The notes under the pieces: model-generated
Databases searched by the model: none
The model's input: the letters and a program-made list of their open reading frames with translations, nothing else
Told to the model about the DNA's origin: nothing
Assembly: GCA_963749705.1 (NCBI GenBank)
Contig: CAVVNQ010000003.1
Coordinates: 320,001 to 384,000, forward strand
DNA from: an uncultured Chloroflexia bacterium
Lineage (GTDB): Bacteria; Chloroflexota; Limnocylindria; Limnocylindrales; CSP1-4
Length of the DNA stretch: 64,000 nt
Direction of reading: 5' to 3'
In this document: positions 49,066 through 59,572 of the stretch, in pieces
Position numbering within the stretch: position 1 is the first letter of the stretch
Layout: each line of letters opens with the position of its first letter
Position numbers and translations under genes: made by a program

Positions 49066-52000
49066 ATGACAGACCTGTTCGATGAGTTCATGCGCGAGCT
49101 GGAGCGCCGCCGCGCAGAGGCGGAGGGCCGATCGCCGCGGTCGCACGGCGATGACGAGCATCCCTCGGACGGGAACGGGGATGAGGACGCGGACGCCGGC
49201 GACGGCGAGGTAGAGGGCTCCGACGCCGCGGGCGATTCCGACGGCGAGACGTCCGTCGAGTCGGACGACCAACCCAGCCCCGAGCCCATCCCGCTCCGGC
49301 GGCGCCGACGGCGCGCCGGCGGACCGCCACGAACCCCGCGTCCGCCTCGACCCGTCGGCGGTCCGACGGACGGGGCGCGACCTCCCTCGATCGGCGGGAT
49401 CCTGCGTCGGATGGGCGCCGCCCTCGTCATCGCCGTGGTCCTGTTCGTCGTCATCCTGGCCGGTACGACGGTCGACATCTGGACCGATGCCATCTGGTAT
49501 CAGAGCGTCGGCTTCGACGCCGTGTTCTGGACCCGCCTCGGCGCGCAGGTCGGCCTGTTCGCGGCCGCGCTCGCGATCGCGCTCGTGGTCCTGCTCGGCA
49601 ACCTGGTCGTGGCCGGACGCCTGGCGCCGCCGCCCGATCCCGAGCGTCCCGGGCGGCTGCGCGCGATCGCCAGCCGTCTCGGCGAGGCGCAGCGGCAGGC
49701 CGAGCGAAGCGCGAGGGCGGGCGGCCAGCTCCGCGGCCCGTTCGGCGGCCCGCTCGGGGGTGGGCCCGGTGTGCGGGACGAGGGCACGTTCGTGTTCGAG
49801 CCCGAGGATCTGCCCGATATCGTCCCGATCGGGCGCTGGGTGATCGCCGGGTTCGCGGTCCTCCTTGCGCTGGGCGTGGCCGGCACCGTCTCGGGCGCCT
49901 GGGACACGATCCTGCTGTGGGCGAACCGGGTGCCGTTCTCGCCGACGGCATCGGTCACGGACCCCGTGTTCGGCAAGGACATCAGCTTCTTCCTGTTCGA
50001 GCTGCCGTTCTTCCGGCTTGCCCAGACCCTCGTCAACGGGCTATTGCTGGCATCGCTCGCGGTCGCCGGTGCGCGGTACCTGGTCGCCGCGTCACGCGGC
50101 GGCGAGGTGTTCATCACGCGGGTCCGGGTGCACCTTGCCGTGCTGGCGGGGCTGTACCTGCTGTCGGTGGCGTTCGGCTACCAGCTCGACAAGTACGAGC
50201 TGGTGTACAGCGGGTCCGGCGTCTCGATCGGCGTCTCGTTCACGGACGCCAACGCGCGGTTCCTGGCCTATGACGTGCTCACCTTCCTGTCGGGCATCGC
50301 CGGCGCCCTCCTGATCGCCGGAGCGTTCACCCGCTGGCTGTGGCCGCTCGGTCTCATCGTCATCGTGTGGTTCAGCGCCTCGATCGTGCTCGGCCAGCTG
50401 TACCCGGAGGCGATCCAGCGGTTCAGCGTCGATCCCAACACGTTTGCCCAGGAGGAGCAGTACATCGCGAACAACATCGCGATGACGCGGCTTGCCTTCG
50501 GGCTCGACGAATGGACGTCGCAGCCATACACGGGCGACCAGCCGCTCACACAGGCCGCGATCGACAACGAATCCGACACGTTCACGAATGCCCGCCTGTG
50601 GGACTACCGGCCCCTCCAGGCCACGCTCGACCAGCTGCAGACGGTGCGCCAGTACTACGACTTCATCGACGTCGACACCGACCGCTACATGATCAACGGC
50701 AAGCTGCGCCAGGTGATGCTGTCGGCGCGCGAGCTCGCGATCCAGAAGAACCCGGCGGCCACCAGCTGGGTCAACGAGCGGGTCATCTACACCCACGGCG
50801 TGGGCCTGGCCATGGTGCCCGTGAACGAGGTCACGCCCGAAGGTCAGCCGCGCCTGTGGATCCGCGACCTGCCACCGGTGTCGAGCAACGATGCGCCGAC
50901 CGTGACCCAGCCGCGCATCTACTTCGGTGAGGGCGATGACCACTACGTCGTCGTCGGTGCCCGCCAGGCCGAGTTCGACTACCCGCTCGACACGAGCGCG
51001 GGCAGCAGCGACGAGAAGACGACCTGGACCGGCACCACCGGGATCAGGCTCGATTCGACGCTCACCCGGCTGCTGTACGCGCTCCGGTTCCGAGACCTGG
51101 ACCTGCTGATCTCGGACCAGATCCAGGCCGACAGCCAGCTCCTGTTCCACCGCACGCTCAACGACCGGCTGGGGATGATCGCGCCGTTCCTGCGCTTCGA
51201 CAAGGACCCGTACCTGGTCGTGGACGACGACACCGGGCGCCTCGTCTACGTCCAGGACGCCTACACGGTCAGCGACCAATTCCCGCACGCCACGTGGTTC
51301 AACCCCTCGGACCTCGGCGGACCCACCGGCCTCGGTGGTGGCCAGTTCAACTACATCCGCAACAGCGTCAAGATCACGATGGACGCCTACGACGGCACGA
51401 TGCACCTGTACGTGGCGGATCCGAGCGACCCGCTCATCCGCGCCTGGCAGGGGATCTTCCCGAGCCTGTTCACGAGCATGGACCAGCTGCCGTCCGGGAT
51501 CGCCGCGCACCTCCGGGTCCCCGAGGAGCTGTTCAACGTCCAGACGCGGATGTTCGGGCGCTACCACGTGACCCAGCCGCTGGTGTTCTTCTCGAACAAC
51601 GACCGCTGGACCGTGCCCGATGCGCAGACGAACGAGCAGAGCCTCGCGACCGAGGCGTACTACGTGGTGATGCGGCTGCCGGGCGAGGATTCCTCGGAGT
51701 TCCTGCTGATCCAGCCCATGATCGCGGCCAGCCGGCCCAACATGATCAGCTGGGTCGCGGCCCGCAACGACGCACCGAACTACGGGACCGTGCGGGTGTT
51801 CCAGTTCCCGGCCGACACCACCATCTTCGGACCGGCACAGATCGAGGCCCGGATCGACCAGGACTCCACGATCAGCGGGCAGATCACGCTCTGGAACCAG
51901 AGCGGGAGCCGGGTCATCCGCGGCAACCTGATCGTCGTCCCGGTGGGGAACTCGCTGGTCTACCTCCAGCCGGTGTACCTGCAGTCGACCTCGGCCCAGT

Positions 52001-52365
52001 TCCCGGAGTTCCGCAAGATCGTCGTCGGTAGCCCGACCACGATCGTCTGGGGCGACACCCTGAGCGAGGCGCTCAAGCAGCTGCTCGCGGTTCAGGGTGG
52101 CAGCCCGGGCACGACCCCGACGCCGGGGCCGACGCCGACGCCCGGCGCGTCCGCGACCCCGAGGCCGACCCTGCCACCCGGCAGCGAGCTGCCATCCGAT
52201 GTCGACGGTCTCGTTGCCTATGCCAACCAGCACTTCGAGCTGGCCCAGCAGGCGCTGCGCGCCGGTGACTTCGCAACGTACGGCACGGAGATCGGGCACG
52301 TCGAGAACGCGCTCCAGCGGCTGGGCGAGCTGACCGGATCGCCGGGAGCCAGCCAGCAGCCGTGA
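49066..52365 (+). CDS. UPF0182 family membrane protein
   Basis: WYQSVGFD, DPVFGKDISFFLFELP, NARLWD, YTHG, NYIRNSVK and GNLIVVP motifs. Confidence 0.95.
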   Translation: MTDLFDEFMRELERRRAEAEGRSPRSHGDDEHPSDGNGDEDADAGDGEVEGSDAAGDSDGETSVESDDQPSPEPIPLRRRRRRAGGPPRTPRPPRPVGGPTDGARPPSIGGILRRMGAALVIAVVLFVVILAGTTVDIWTDAIWYQSVGFDAVFWTRLGAQVGLFAAALAIALVVLLGNLVVAGRLAPPPDPERPGRLRAIASRLGEAQRQAERSARAGGQLRGPFGGPLGGGPGVRDEGTFVFEPEDLPDIVPIGRWVIAGFAVLLALGVAGTVSGAWDTILLWANRVPFSPTASVTDPVFGKDISFFLFELPFFRLAQTLVNGLLLASLAVAGARYLVAASRGGEVFITRVRVHLAVLAGLYLLSVAFGYQLDKYELVYSGSGVSIGVSFTDANARFLAYDVLTFLSGIAGALLIAGAFTRWLWPLGLIVIVWFSASIVLGQLYPEAIQRFSVDPNTFAQEEQYIANNIAMTRLAFGLDEWTSQPYTGDQPLTQAAIDNESDTFTNARLWDYRPLQATLDQLQTVRQYYDFIDVDTDRYMINGKLRQVMLSARELAIQKNPAATSWVNERVIYTHGVGLAMVPVNEVTPEGQPRLWIRDLPPVSSNDAPTVTQPRIYFGEGDDHYVVVGARQAEFDYPLDTSAGSSDEKTTWTGTTGIRLDSTLTRLLYALRFRDLDLLISDQIQADSQLLFHRTLNDRLGMIAPFLRFDKDPYLVVDDDTGRLVYVQDAYTVSDQFPHATWFNPSDLGGPTGLGGGQFNYIRNSVKITMDAYDGTMHLYVADPSDPLIRAWQGIFPSLFTSMDQLPSGIAAHLRVPEELFNVQTRMFGRYHVTQPLVFFSNNDRWTVPDAQTNEQSLATEAYYVVMRLPGEDSSEFLLIQPMIAASRPNMISWVAARNDAPNYGTVRVFQFPADTTIFGPAQIEARIDQDSTISGQITLWNQSGSRVIRGNLIVVPVGNSLVYLQPVYLQSTSAQFPEFRKIVVGSPTTIVWGDTLSEALKQLLAVQGGSPGTTPTPGPTPTPGASATPRPTLPPGSELPSDVDGLVAYANQHFELAQQALRAGDFATYGTEIGHVENALQRLGELTGSPGASQQP

Positions 52366-53363
52366 TCCGGGGCGCCGCGACGGGGCTGCGAGCGGGGCCA
52401 CCGGCGGCGGCTCGCGCACGATTGCCCTGGCGGACGGCCATCGCGTCGGCGTTCGTCACGACGCTCATCCGGCCTGCCGCCTGGGCCTTCGGGCTGCTCG
52501 GGTTCCTGGCCGGCGGCGGCATCGTCCTGGTCGCGTGGCCGATCCTCGTGCTGCCGACGCCGACCGGGCTGCAGAACGACCTCGGTGGGCCGGCCAACAG
52601 GCTCGTGCTCGGGACGCCGTCGGTCGAGCTGGTGGTGGTCGCCGTCGCTGCCGTCCTGGTGGGCGTGGCGATCGTGATCACCGCGTGTGCCGTCGGTGCG
52701 TGGGCCGAGCGGCAGGGGATCCAGGTCGCGCTCGATGCCGCGACCGCCGAGGGCCTGGCGGTGGAGCCCGGCAACCTCGCCGGTGCTCCCGGCGTCGGTC
52801 GGATCACGGTGATCCGGCTGCTGGCGCTGGCGCCGGTGCTGGTTGCCATCGCCCTCGCGTGGGGCCCGGTATACGACGTCGCGTACCACGAGCTGATCCT
52901 GCCGGAGGACCTCGTCACGCCGCTCCCGCTGCGTGTGGTGCGCCAGGTCCCGGCCCTGCTTGCCGGCGTCGGCGCCGTATGGCTCGTGTCCGATGCTGCC
53001 GGCGCGATCGCCGTGCGCCACCTCGTCCTCAACCGTCGATCGATCGGACGTGCCTGGCTGCTCGGCTGGGCGGACGTCGTGCGCCTCCCGGTTCGGACGC
53101 TGGCCACCGCCGTCGTGGGGCTCGTGACCATGGTGCTGCTGCTCGGCCCGGCGCTCCTGGCGTCGGGAAGCGGCTGGTCGCGCGTCCGGGATCTCATGCT
53201 GGGTAACGCGGACCCGCTCAGCGCACTCGCGGCAGTGGTCATCTGGGTCACGATATGGCTCGCCGGCCTGGCTCTGGTCGGGGTTGCCGTCGCGGCGCGG
53301 GCCGCAGCCTGGACGTTCGCGACGGCTCGCCTCCGTCACGAGGACCCCCGCCCCGGCGTCTGA
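52362..53363 (+). CDS. Hypothetical membrane protein
   Basis: About 7 hydrophobic segments; GTGA-coupled to UPF0182. Confidence 0.65.
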   Translation: MIRGAATGLRAGPPAAARARLPWRTAIASAFVTTLIRPAAWAFGLLGFLAGGGIVLVAWPILVLPTPTGLQNDLGGPANRLVLGTPSVELVVVAVAAVLVGVAIVITACAVGAWAERQGIQVALDAATAEGLAVEPGNLAGAPGVGRITVIRLLALAPVLVAIALAWGPVYDVAYHELILPEDLVTPLPLRVVRQVPALLAGVGAVWLVSDAAGAIAVRHLVLNRRSIGRAWLLGWADVVRLPVRTLATAVVGLVTMVLLLGPALLASGSGWSRVRDLMLGNADPLSALAAVVIWVTIWLAGLALVGVAVAARAAAWTFATARLRHEDPRPGV

Positions 53364-53476
53364 GCGCCGGCGCGCGGGCGCCAGCGCCCGGGAACCCGGG
53401 CGACCCCTGTTACACTGCCGAGCGCCGCGTGCCTTCGGGCACGCTTCGCGCCCGCTGGGAGGCCCCACGCCGCCGC

Positions 53477-54142
53477 ATGGAAGAGATCCTCAACACGATC
53501 GGTGACACGATCGGCGGGTTCCTCGACAACCCGATCGTCCAGCTCACGTTCCAGGCGATCCTCGTCTACTTCGTGATCCTGTGGCTGGCCGCCGCCTACT
53601 GGGCGTTCCGGGACATGCAGCTGCGGACGGACAACCCCGTGATGCCCTACGTGTCCGCGGCGCTGATCGTGCTGTTCACGCCGATCCTGTTCCCGTTCGG
53701 GATCGTCGTGTACCGGATCCTGCGACCCCAGGAGAAGATCGGCGAGATCTACGAGCGCAATCTCGCGGAGGAGGCGCTGCTCGCCGAGGTGGAGTCGATC
53801 CGCACCTGTCCCACCTGCGCGCGCCGCGTCAACGAGGAATGGATCATCTGCCCGACCTGCCGCACGCGTCTCAACCGGGTGTGCGCCAACTGCGGCCGCC
53901 TGGTCGGGCTCGACTGGTCGCTGTGCGCCTGGTGCGGACGCGACTTCGAGCGCGGCGACCTCGCGGCGCTCGAGCCCATCACCGGCGGCCTGGCCGAGCC
54001 CGATCGTCTCGAGGCGACCAGCCGCGCGCCGCTGCGCCCGCCGACGCGGTCCGCCGCGCTTCGGCAGACGCCGCGCTCGGTGGCTCCGCCGCGCTCGGTG
54101 GCGCCGCCAAGCAAGGCGCAGGGGCCGATCTCCGAACCTTGA
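53477..54142 (+). CDS. Membrane protein with double zinc ribbon (DZR)
   Basis: Two TMs, then CPTC...CPTC...CANC...CAWC. Confidence 0.85.
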   Translation: MEEILNTIGDTIGGFLDNPIVQLTFQAILVYFVILWLAAAYWAFRDMQLRTDNPVMPYVSAALIVLFTPILFPFGIVVYRILRPQEKIGEIYERNLAEEALLAEVESIRTCPTCARRVNEEWIICPTCRTRLNRVCANCGRLVGLDWSLCAWCGRDFERGDLAALEPITGGLAEPDRLEATSRAPLRPPTRSAALRQTPRSVAPPRSVAPPSKAQGPISEP

Positions 54143-55137
54143 CGGGCCCGTCGGAGCCGCGCTCCGAACCACCCGAGGAGGCCGCGGCGGCCAGCGGCAG
54201 CTCGACGTTCAGCCTCGAGGGACGCGCGGCACCGGCCCTGTACCTGATCGGCTGGCTCGGGGCGGTCATGGGCCTCGCGATCGTGACCCTGTCATTCCTC
54301 GCGTCCAGCAGCGGCGCCGCGCCGTGGATGTTCCTCGGGGGGCTCGTGGTGCTGGCCGTCGGCCTCGTGTCCGCCGCCGGCTCCCAGGCCGTCGAGCGCG
54401 GACGAGATCAGTCCCGGGCCTATCGCGGGCCGTCACCGGTCCTCGCGTTCGTCGCGGTGATCGCCCTCACCCTGGTCGCGATCGTCGTCGTCCTCGCACC
54501 GCTGACGGCGCTCGGGGTGAGCGCCGATTCGCCGCTGGCCACCACGGTGTCACTGGTGCTCACGACGCTGATGTACGTCGCCGTGGTCCGGATGCTGGTC
54601 GTCGGCCCAGGCGCCCTGACGTGGAGCGAGATGGGGCTTCGCCTGCCGCCCGCCGAGGCCGCGCGCGACCTCTTCGTGGGTGCCCTGATCGCGGTCCCCG
54701 TGCTGGGGATCACGCTCCTTCTGGGGGCACTCCTCGCCGGGTTCCTCGAACCGGCCCCAAGCCCGCTGCCGGCGGCCGGCGATGCCCTCGGGCTCGCCGC
54801 CAACCTGGTGTCGGCCGCGGTGCTGGCGCCGATCGGCGAGGAGCTGTTCTTCCGCGGGTTCGCGACCACCGCATGGGCGCGCGTCTGGGGTGCACGGCAG
54901 GCGATCATCCGGGGTGCGGTGTTCTTCGCCCTCGCCCATGTCGTCACCCTGTTCGACGCATCGTTCGGCACCGGGGCGCAGCGGGCCTTGTTCTCGTTCG
55001 TCGCGCTGCTGCCGGTGGGGGTCGCGCTCGGCTGGGTGTTCCTGTCGCGGCGGTCGGTGTACGCCGCGATCGGCCTCCACGCCGCGTTCAACGCCCTGCA
55101 GGTCATCGCACTGTTCGCCAGCGGCGCTGCCGGCTGA
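54139..55137 (+). CDS. CPBP/CAAX (Abi) intramembrane metalloprotease
   Basis: APIGEELFFRG, FALAH and HAAFN motifs. Confidence 0.88.
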   Translation: MTGPSEPRSEPPEEAAAASGSSTFSLEGRAAPALYLIGWLGAVMGLAIVTLSFLASSSGAAPWMFLGGLVVLAVGLVSAAGSQAVERGRDQSRAYRGPSPVLAFVAVIALTLVAIVVVLAPLTALGVSADSPLATTVSLVLTTLMYVAVVRMLVVGPGALTWSEMGLRLPPAEAARDLFVGALIAVPVLGITLLLGALLAGFLEPAPSPLPAAGDALGLAANLVSAAVLAPIGEELFFRGFATTAWARVWGARQAIIRGAVFFALAHVVTLFDASFGTGAQRALFSFVALLPVGVALGWVFLSRRSVYAAIGLHAAFNALQVIALFASGAAG

Positions 55138-55286
55138 GGTGCCCTGCGGGCCGAGCGCGCGCCGGCTGGGTAGCGGGCTGGCGTCTCCGGGCCACGGCTC
55201 ACGGCTCGGCCTGGCGCGCAGCCGTCCAACTGGCGGCCAAGCCGGCGATGAGCCGGCGGTAAGCACTGCCCGGTAGGCTGCGCCAC

Positions 55287-55345
55287 GTTCCCGGGTCCGG
55301 ATGGCGGGGGAAATCGGCGGGCTTCCGTTGTCCGGATCCGGGGAC
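55287..55345 (+). other. 24-bp RNA stem-loop with G:U pairs at the 5' end of the radC leader
   Basis: 55287-55310 pairs with 55322-55345 without mismatch if G:U is allowed (7 wobbles); TAGGCT at 55274-55279. Confidence 0.55.
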
Positions 55346-55393
55346 TCCGGTGCCTTCGTCCCCCAGTCAAGCACGCCGCCACGGAGGTTGGTC

Positions 55394-56155
55394 GTGACCG
55401 ATGTCGACGCCCGGGTGGCCGCCGCTCCGGTCCATCGATCCACGTCCAGGTCGGTGCGGGATCTGCCCGCCGCCGAGCGTCCGCGTGAGCGGCTCGCCAT
55501 GCGCGGGCCCGGCGGGCTGTCGGCGGCGGAGCTCATCGCGCTCGTCTGGGGGACCGGCTCCGGTGGTCGCAGCGCGGTCGAGCTGGCCGAGGAGGCGCTC
55601 GCACGGCATGCCACCGTCGGTGCGCTCGCCAGGGCGACGGACACGGAGCTCGCCGTGATCCCCGGTATCGGCGCCGCCAAGGCGGCTCGCCTCGCGGCGG
55701 CCTTCGAGCTCGGACGACGCTCGATCGCGGAGCGTCCCGCGGGGCGCTGGACGATCCGATCGCCGCGCGATGTCGCGGATCGCCTGCTGGTGGACATGGG
55801 CAGGCTGGAGCGTGAGGAGCTCCGGGTGCTGAGCCTCAACGCGAAGAACGCCGTCCAGCGGGTGTCCACGGTCTACGTCGGCAACGTCTCGGCGTCGCTG
55901 GTGCGCGTCGGCGAGCTGTTCCGGGACGCCGTGCGGCTCGATGCGTCGGGCGTGATCCTGGTTCACAACCATCCAAGCGGTGACCCCACGCCGTCGCCCG
56001 ACGACCTGCACCTCACCGCCGAGGCGATCGCGGCCGGCCGCCTGCTCGATGTCGATGTGCTGGACCACGTCGTGATCGGCCAGGACGCGTGGATCTCGCT
56101 GCGGGACCGGGGCGTGACCTTCGATCGGGTCGGACCTGGCTCGCCGCGGGGCTGA
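55394..56155 (+). CDS. radC: RadC family JAB-domain protein
   Basis: RPRERL, HhH GIGAAKA and HNHPSGDPTPSPDD motifs; GGAGG RBS. Confidence 0.93.
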   Translation: MTDVDARVAAAPVHRSTSRSVRDLPAAERPRERLAMRGPGGLSAAELIALVWGTGSGGRSAVELAEEALARHATVGALARATDTELAVIPGIGAAKAARLAAAFELGRRSIAERPAGRWTIRSPRDVADRLLVDMGRLEREELRVLSLNAKNAVQRVSTVYVGNVSASLVRVGELFRDAVRLDASGVILVHNHPSGDPTPSPDDLHLTAEAIAAGRLLDVDVLDHVVIGQDAWISLRDRGVTFDRVGPGSPRG

Positions 56156-56211
56156 GCCCGGTCAGCGACGAGGCGCTCCGGAGCCGCTCGCCGGCCTGCC
56201 CGTCCGCGCGA

Positions 56212-58245
56212 TCAGATCGCGCTGGCGACGCGCAACCCCTCCAGCACGGCCTCCTCGACCGTCCGCGGCGCCAGACAGTCACCGATCCCGTGGATCTCGA
56301 TCGGGTGACCCGCGGCCGACCGCAGGTCCGTGCGTGCGGCGAGCGCGTCGAGGAGGGTCGACTCCGGCAGGTGCCCGTGGGCGAGGACGAGCGCCGCGAC
56401 GTCCTCGACGATCACGGCCTCCTCGGTCAGCGTGTGTTGGAGGAACACGGCTGACCCGTCATACCCGAACGGCCGGGTGAGCGGCAGGATGGTCACGTGG
56501 GCCCGGTTGAGGGCGGCGATCGAGGCGTCGCGAACGTACTGCTGGATCCGGAACCCGGGCGTGTAGCCGTTGACCGCGAGGGTCACGGGGTGGCCCGCTG
56601 CCGCCAGCAGCAGCGCCACGCCGGGCCCGATCCAGTCACAGCGCCAGTCGACCACGACGATCCGGCCCGACGGGACCTCCGTCCCCCGGATCACCTGCCA
56701 CGCGTCGAGCACGAACGGGTCGTTGGCGAGCTCGAGCGGTGGACGGTAGGGCAGCGCACCCGTCGCGACGATCACCGCGTCGGGCGCCGCTTGCTCCACC
56801 ACCCCGGCATCGACGGGCGAGCCGGTGATGATATGAACGCCGGCGCGCTCGGCCTCGCCGCGCAGGTTCGTGACGACGCCGCCGAACTCGGCGCGGCCGG
56901 GCAGCAGCTGGGCGAGCAGCACCTGGCCCCCGACCCAGCGCCCGGCCTCGTGGAGCGTCACGTCGTGACCGCGCGCCGCCGCGACCGCAGCAGCCTTGAG
57001 GCCGGCCGGACCGCCGCCGACGACCATCACCCGTCGCCGTTCGCCGGGCCCGACCGGCACGCGAGCCCCGAACTCCAGCTCCCGCCCGCTCTCCGGGTAC
57101 TGGATGCACGAGATCGGGTAGCCCGCGTGGAAGTGACCGATGCACGCCTGATTGCAGCCCACGCAGGCCCGGATCTCATCGAGCCGGCCGGCAGCAGCCT
57201 TGGCCGGGAGCAACGGGTCCGAGATCAGCGCGCGCGTCATCGCGACCGCATCGGCCTGCCCGAGCTCCAGGATGTGCTCCGCCTCCTGTGGCTGGTTGAC
57301 CCGCCCGGCGACCAGGACCGGCACCCGCACGACGGCCTTTGCCGCCGCCGCGAGCGGCGCCGTGTACGCGTTGGCCATCGTCATCGGCGGCACGATGTGG
57401 TCCGAGCCCGCCAGGGTCGCCGACGTGCCCGCGACCACGCTCACGTAGTCGGGACCACCGTCGCCATCGAGCGCCGCCAGCGCCTCGAGGGTCTCGTCGC
57501 GCTGCAGCCCCTCGGCGGACTGCTCGTCGATCGAGATCCTGAGCCCCACGACGACGCCGTCGTCGACTGCGGCGCGCACCGAGGCGATGACCTCGCGCAG
57601 GAACCGGAGCCGGTTCTCGAGCGAGCCGCCGTACGCATCGGTGCGCAGGTTCACGCGCGGGCTGAGGAACTGCGCCGGCAGGTAGCCGTGGCTGGCGACG
57701 ATCTCCACGCCGTCGAGTCCGGCCGTCCGGAGGCGCGCCGCGGACGCCGCATACCCCGCCACGATCTCCCGGATGAGCGGGACGGGCATCGAACGCGGCA
57801 TCGTGTGGAACCGCTCGCTGGGGACGGACGACGGGGCCAGCGGGACGGGAAGCGTGCCGTCGTCGGAGTCCATGATCTCCCGACCCCCATGGAACACCTG
57901 GCCGATGATCCCCGCGCCCTCCGCGTGGACCACCTCGGCCAGCCGCCGGAAGCCGGGGATGCACGAATCGTCCCAGGCGCCCAGGGCGTGCGACGTGTAC
58001 TCGGCGGTCGGGTGGACGGCCGCCACCTGGACCACGATCAGCCCCACCCCGCCGGCGGCCCGCGCCCGCTGATACGCGATCAGCTGCTCGGACACCAGCC
58101 CCCGCTGGGCCATCACCGTGTCGTGACCCGACGAGAAGATCCGGTTGCGGAGCTGCAGCGAGCCCAGGCGCAGCGGTGAGAACAGCCGCGGGAACGGGGT
58201 GGAGCCGGGCTCGATCGGCCCCGTGGCATCGAGCGGGAGGGTCAT
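56212..58245 (-). CDS. NADH:flavin oxidoreductase (Old Yellow Enzyme + Fe-S + FAD domains)
   Basis: LRNRI, HGYLPAQFLSP, YGGSLENRLRF, CVGCNQACIG and GGGPAG motifs. Confidence 0.92.
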   Translation of the reverse strand: MTLPLDATGPIEPGSTPFPRLFSPLRLGSLQLRNRIFSSGHDTVMAQRGLVSEQLIAYQRARAAGGVGLIVVQVAAVHPTAEYTSHALGAWDDSCIPGFRRLAEVVHAEGAGIIGQVFHGGREIMDSDDGTLPVPLAPSSVPSERFHTMPRSMPVPLIREIVAGYAASAARLRTAGLDGVEIVASHGYLPAQFLSPRVNLRTDAYGGSLENRLRFLREVIASVRAAVDDGVVVGLRISIDEQSAEGLQRDETLEALAALDGDGGPDYVSVVAGTSATLAGSDHIVPPMTMANAYTAPLAAAAKAVVRVPVLVAGRVNQPQEAEHILELGQADAVAMTRALISDPLLPAKAAAGRLDEIRACVGCNQACIGHFHAGYPISCIQYPESGRELEFGARVPVGPGERRRVMVVGGGPAGLKAAAVAAARGHDVTLHEAGRWVGGQVLLAQLLPGRAEFGGVVTNLRGEAERAGVHIITGSPVDAGVVEQAAPDAVIVATGALPYRPPLELANDPFVLDAWQVIRGTEVPSGRIVVVDWRCDWIGPGVALLLAAAGHPVTLAVNGYTPGFRIQQYVRDASIAALNRAHVTILPLTRPFGYDGSAVFLQHTLTEEAVIVEDVAALVLAHGHLPESTLLDALAARTDLRSAAGHPIEIHGIGDCLAPRTVEEAVLEGLRVASAI

Positions 58246-58461
58246 GGCGCGGCGATCCTAGCCGAGGCGGCCGGGCTCCGTGGAGCCCGTTCCCGATCGG
58301 GCGCAGCCCGCTGGGCGTGGACCCGGCCGCGGGTATACTGCTCGGGCTCGCGCGCCGGGTTCGTGCGCGAGTCCAGACCCGCCCCATCCGCGGCCAGCCC
58401 GGCCGCCGCGCTCGCGCCGACACCGGCGCCCAGTCCACGCAGCAAGGATCTGCCCACCAGC

Positions 58462-59520
58462 ATGCTCGACCGTATCCTCGGCCTGTTCTCCCGCGACATC
58501 GGGATCGACCTCGGCACGGCCAACACGCTCGTGCACGTGCGCGATCGCGGGATCGTGATCTCCGAGCCGTCCGTGGTCGCGATCGACGCCAAGACCAAGC
58601 GCGTGCTCGCCATCGGTGCAGAGGCCAAGCGCATGGTCGGCCGCACGCCAGCCTCGATCATCGCGGTCCGCCCGCTGCGCGACGGCGTCATCTCCGACTT
58701 CGACGTCACCGAGCAGATGATCAAGTACTTCGTGAACAAGGTGCACGACCGGGTCGGGCTGATCCCGCGGCCGCGGATGCTGCTGGGCATCCCGTCGGGC
58801 GTGACCGAGGTCGAGAAGCGGGCGGTCCGCGACGCGGCCATGAACGCCGGGGCGCGATGGGCGCGGTTGATCGAGGAGCCGATGGCGGCTGCGATCGGTG
58901 CCGGACTTCCGGTCAGCGAGCCGTCGGGGTCGCTGATCGTCGACATCGGTGGCGGCACGACCGAGGTTGCCGTCATCTCGCTGGGCGGGATCGTCGTCAG
59001 CCGGTCCATCCGGATCGGCGGTGACGAGATGGACCAGGACATCGTGTCGTTCGCGCGCCGCGAGTACAACCTGTTCCTCGGCGAGCGTACCGCCGAGGAC
59101 ATCAAGGTCGCGATCGGGTCCGCGTACCCGGGAGAGTGGGACAGCCAGCGGGTGACGCTTCGCGGGCGCGACCTGCTGACGGGGCTGCCGCGCTCGGTCG
59201 AGGTGGGCGCCGACCAGATCCGCGAGGCGATCGAGGTCTCGGTCGCCCAGATCGTGGACACGATCAAGGACACCATCGAGGAGACGCCACCCGAGCTCGT
59301 GGCGGACATCATGGACCAGGGCGTCGTGCTTGCCGGCGGCGGCGCCCTGCTCGCCGGCCTCGACCGACGTGTCGCCGAGGCAACCCAGATGCCGGTCCAC
59401 GTCGCCGACGACCCGCTGACCTGCGTCGCGCGCGGGACGGGGGTCGTCCTCCAGGAGCTCGCCAGCCCGTCGATGGAGCGCGTGCTCGTCGCCGAGACCT
59501 ACAGCCGACCGCCGCGCTGA
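58462..59520 (+). CDS. mreB: Rod shape-determining protein MreB
   Basis: IGIDLGTANT, EEPMAAAIG, DIGGGTTE and GGGALL motifs. Confidence 0.97.
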   Translation: MLDRILGLFSRDIGIDLGTANTLVHVRDRGIVISEPSVVAIDAKTKRVLAIGAEAKRMVGRTPASIIAVRPLRDGVISDFDVTEQMIKYFVNKVHDRVGLIPRPRMLLGIPSGVTEVEKRAVRDAAMNAGARWARLIEEPMAAAIGAGLPVSEPSGSLIVDIGGGTTEVAVISLGGIVVSRSIRIGGDEMDQDIVSFARREYNLFLGERTAEDIKVAIGSAYPGEWDSQRVTLRGRDLLTGLPRSVEVGADQIREAIEVSVAQIVDTIKDTIEETPPELVADIMDQGVVLAGGGALLAGLDRRVAEATQMPVHVADDPLTCVARGTGVVLQELASPSMERVLVAETYSRPPR

Positions 59521-59530
59521 TCACCGCACT

Positions 59531-59556
59531 GCCCGCCTCGTCGCGACGAGGCGGGC
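59531..59556. other. Perfect 26-bp palindrome between mreB and mreC
   Basis: GCCCGCCTCGTCG|CGACGAGGCGGGC. Confidence 0.6.
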
Positions 59557-59572
59557 CCCCGGAGCTCGCGCC

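Noticed and set aside
55394-56155. radC as a marker of an integrative element
   Set aside because: It is the long chromosomal form with an N-terminal HhH, next to mreB, and there are no mobility genes.
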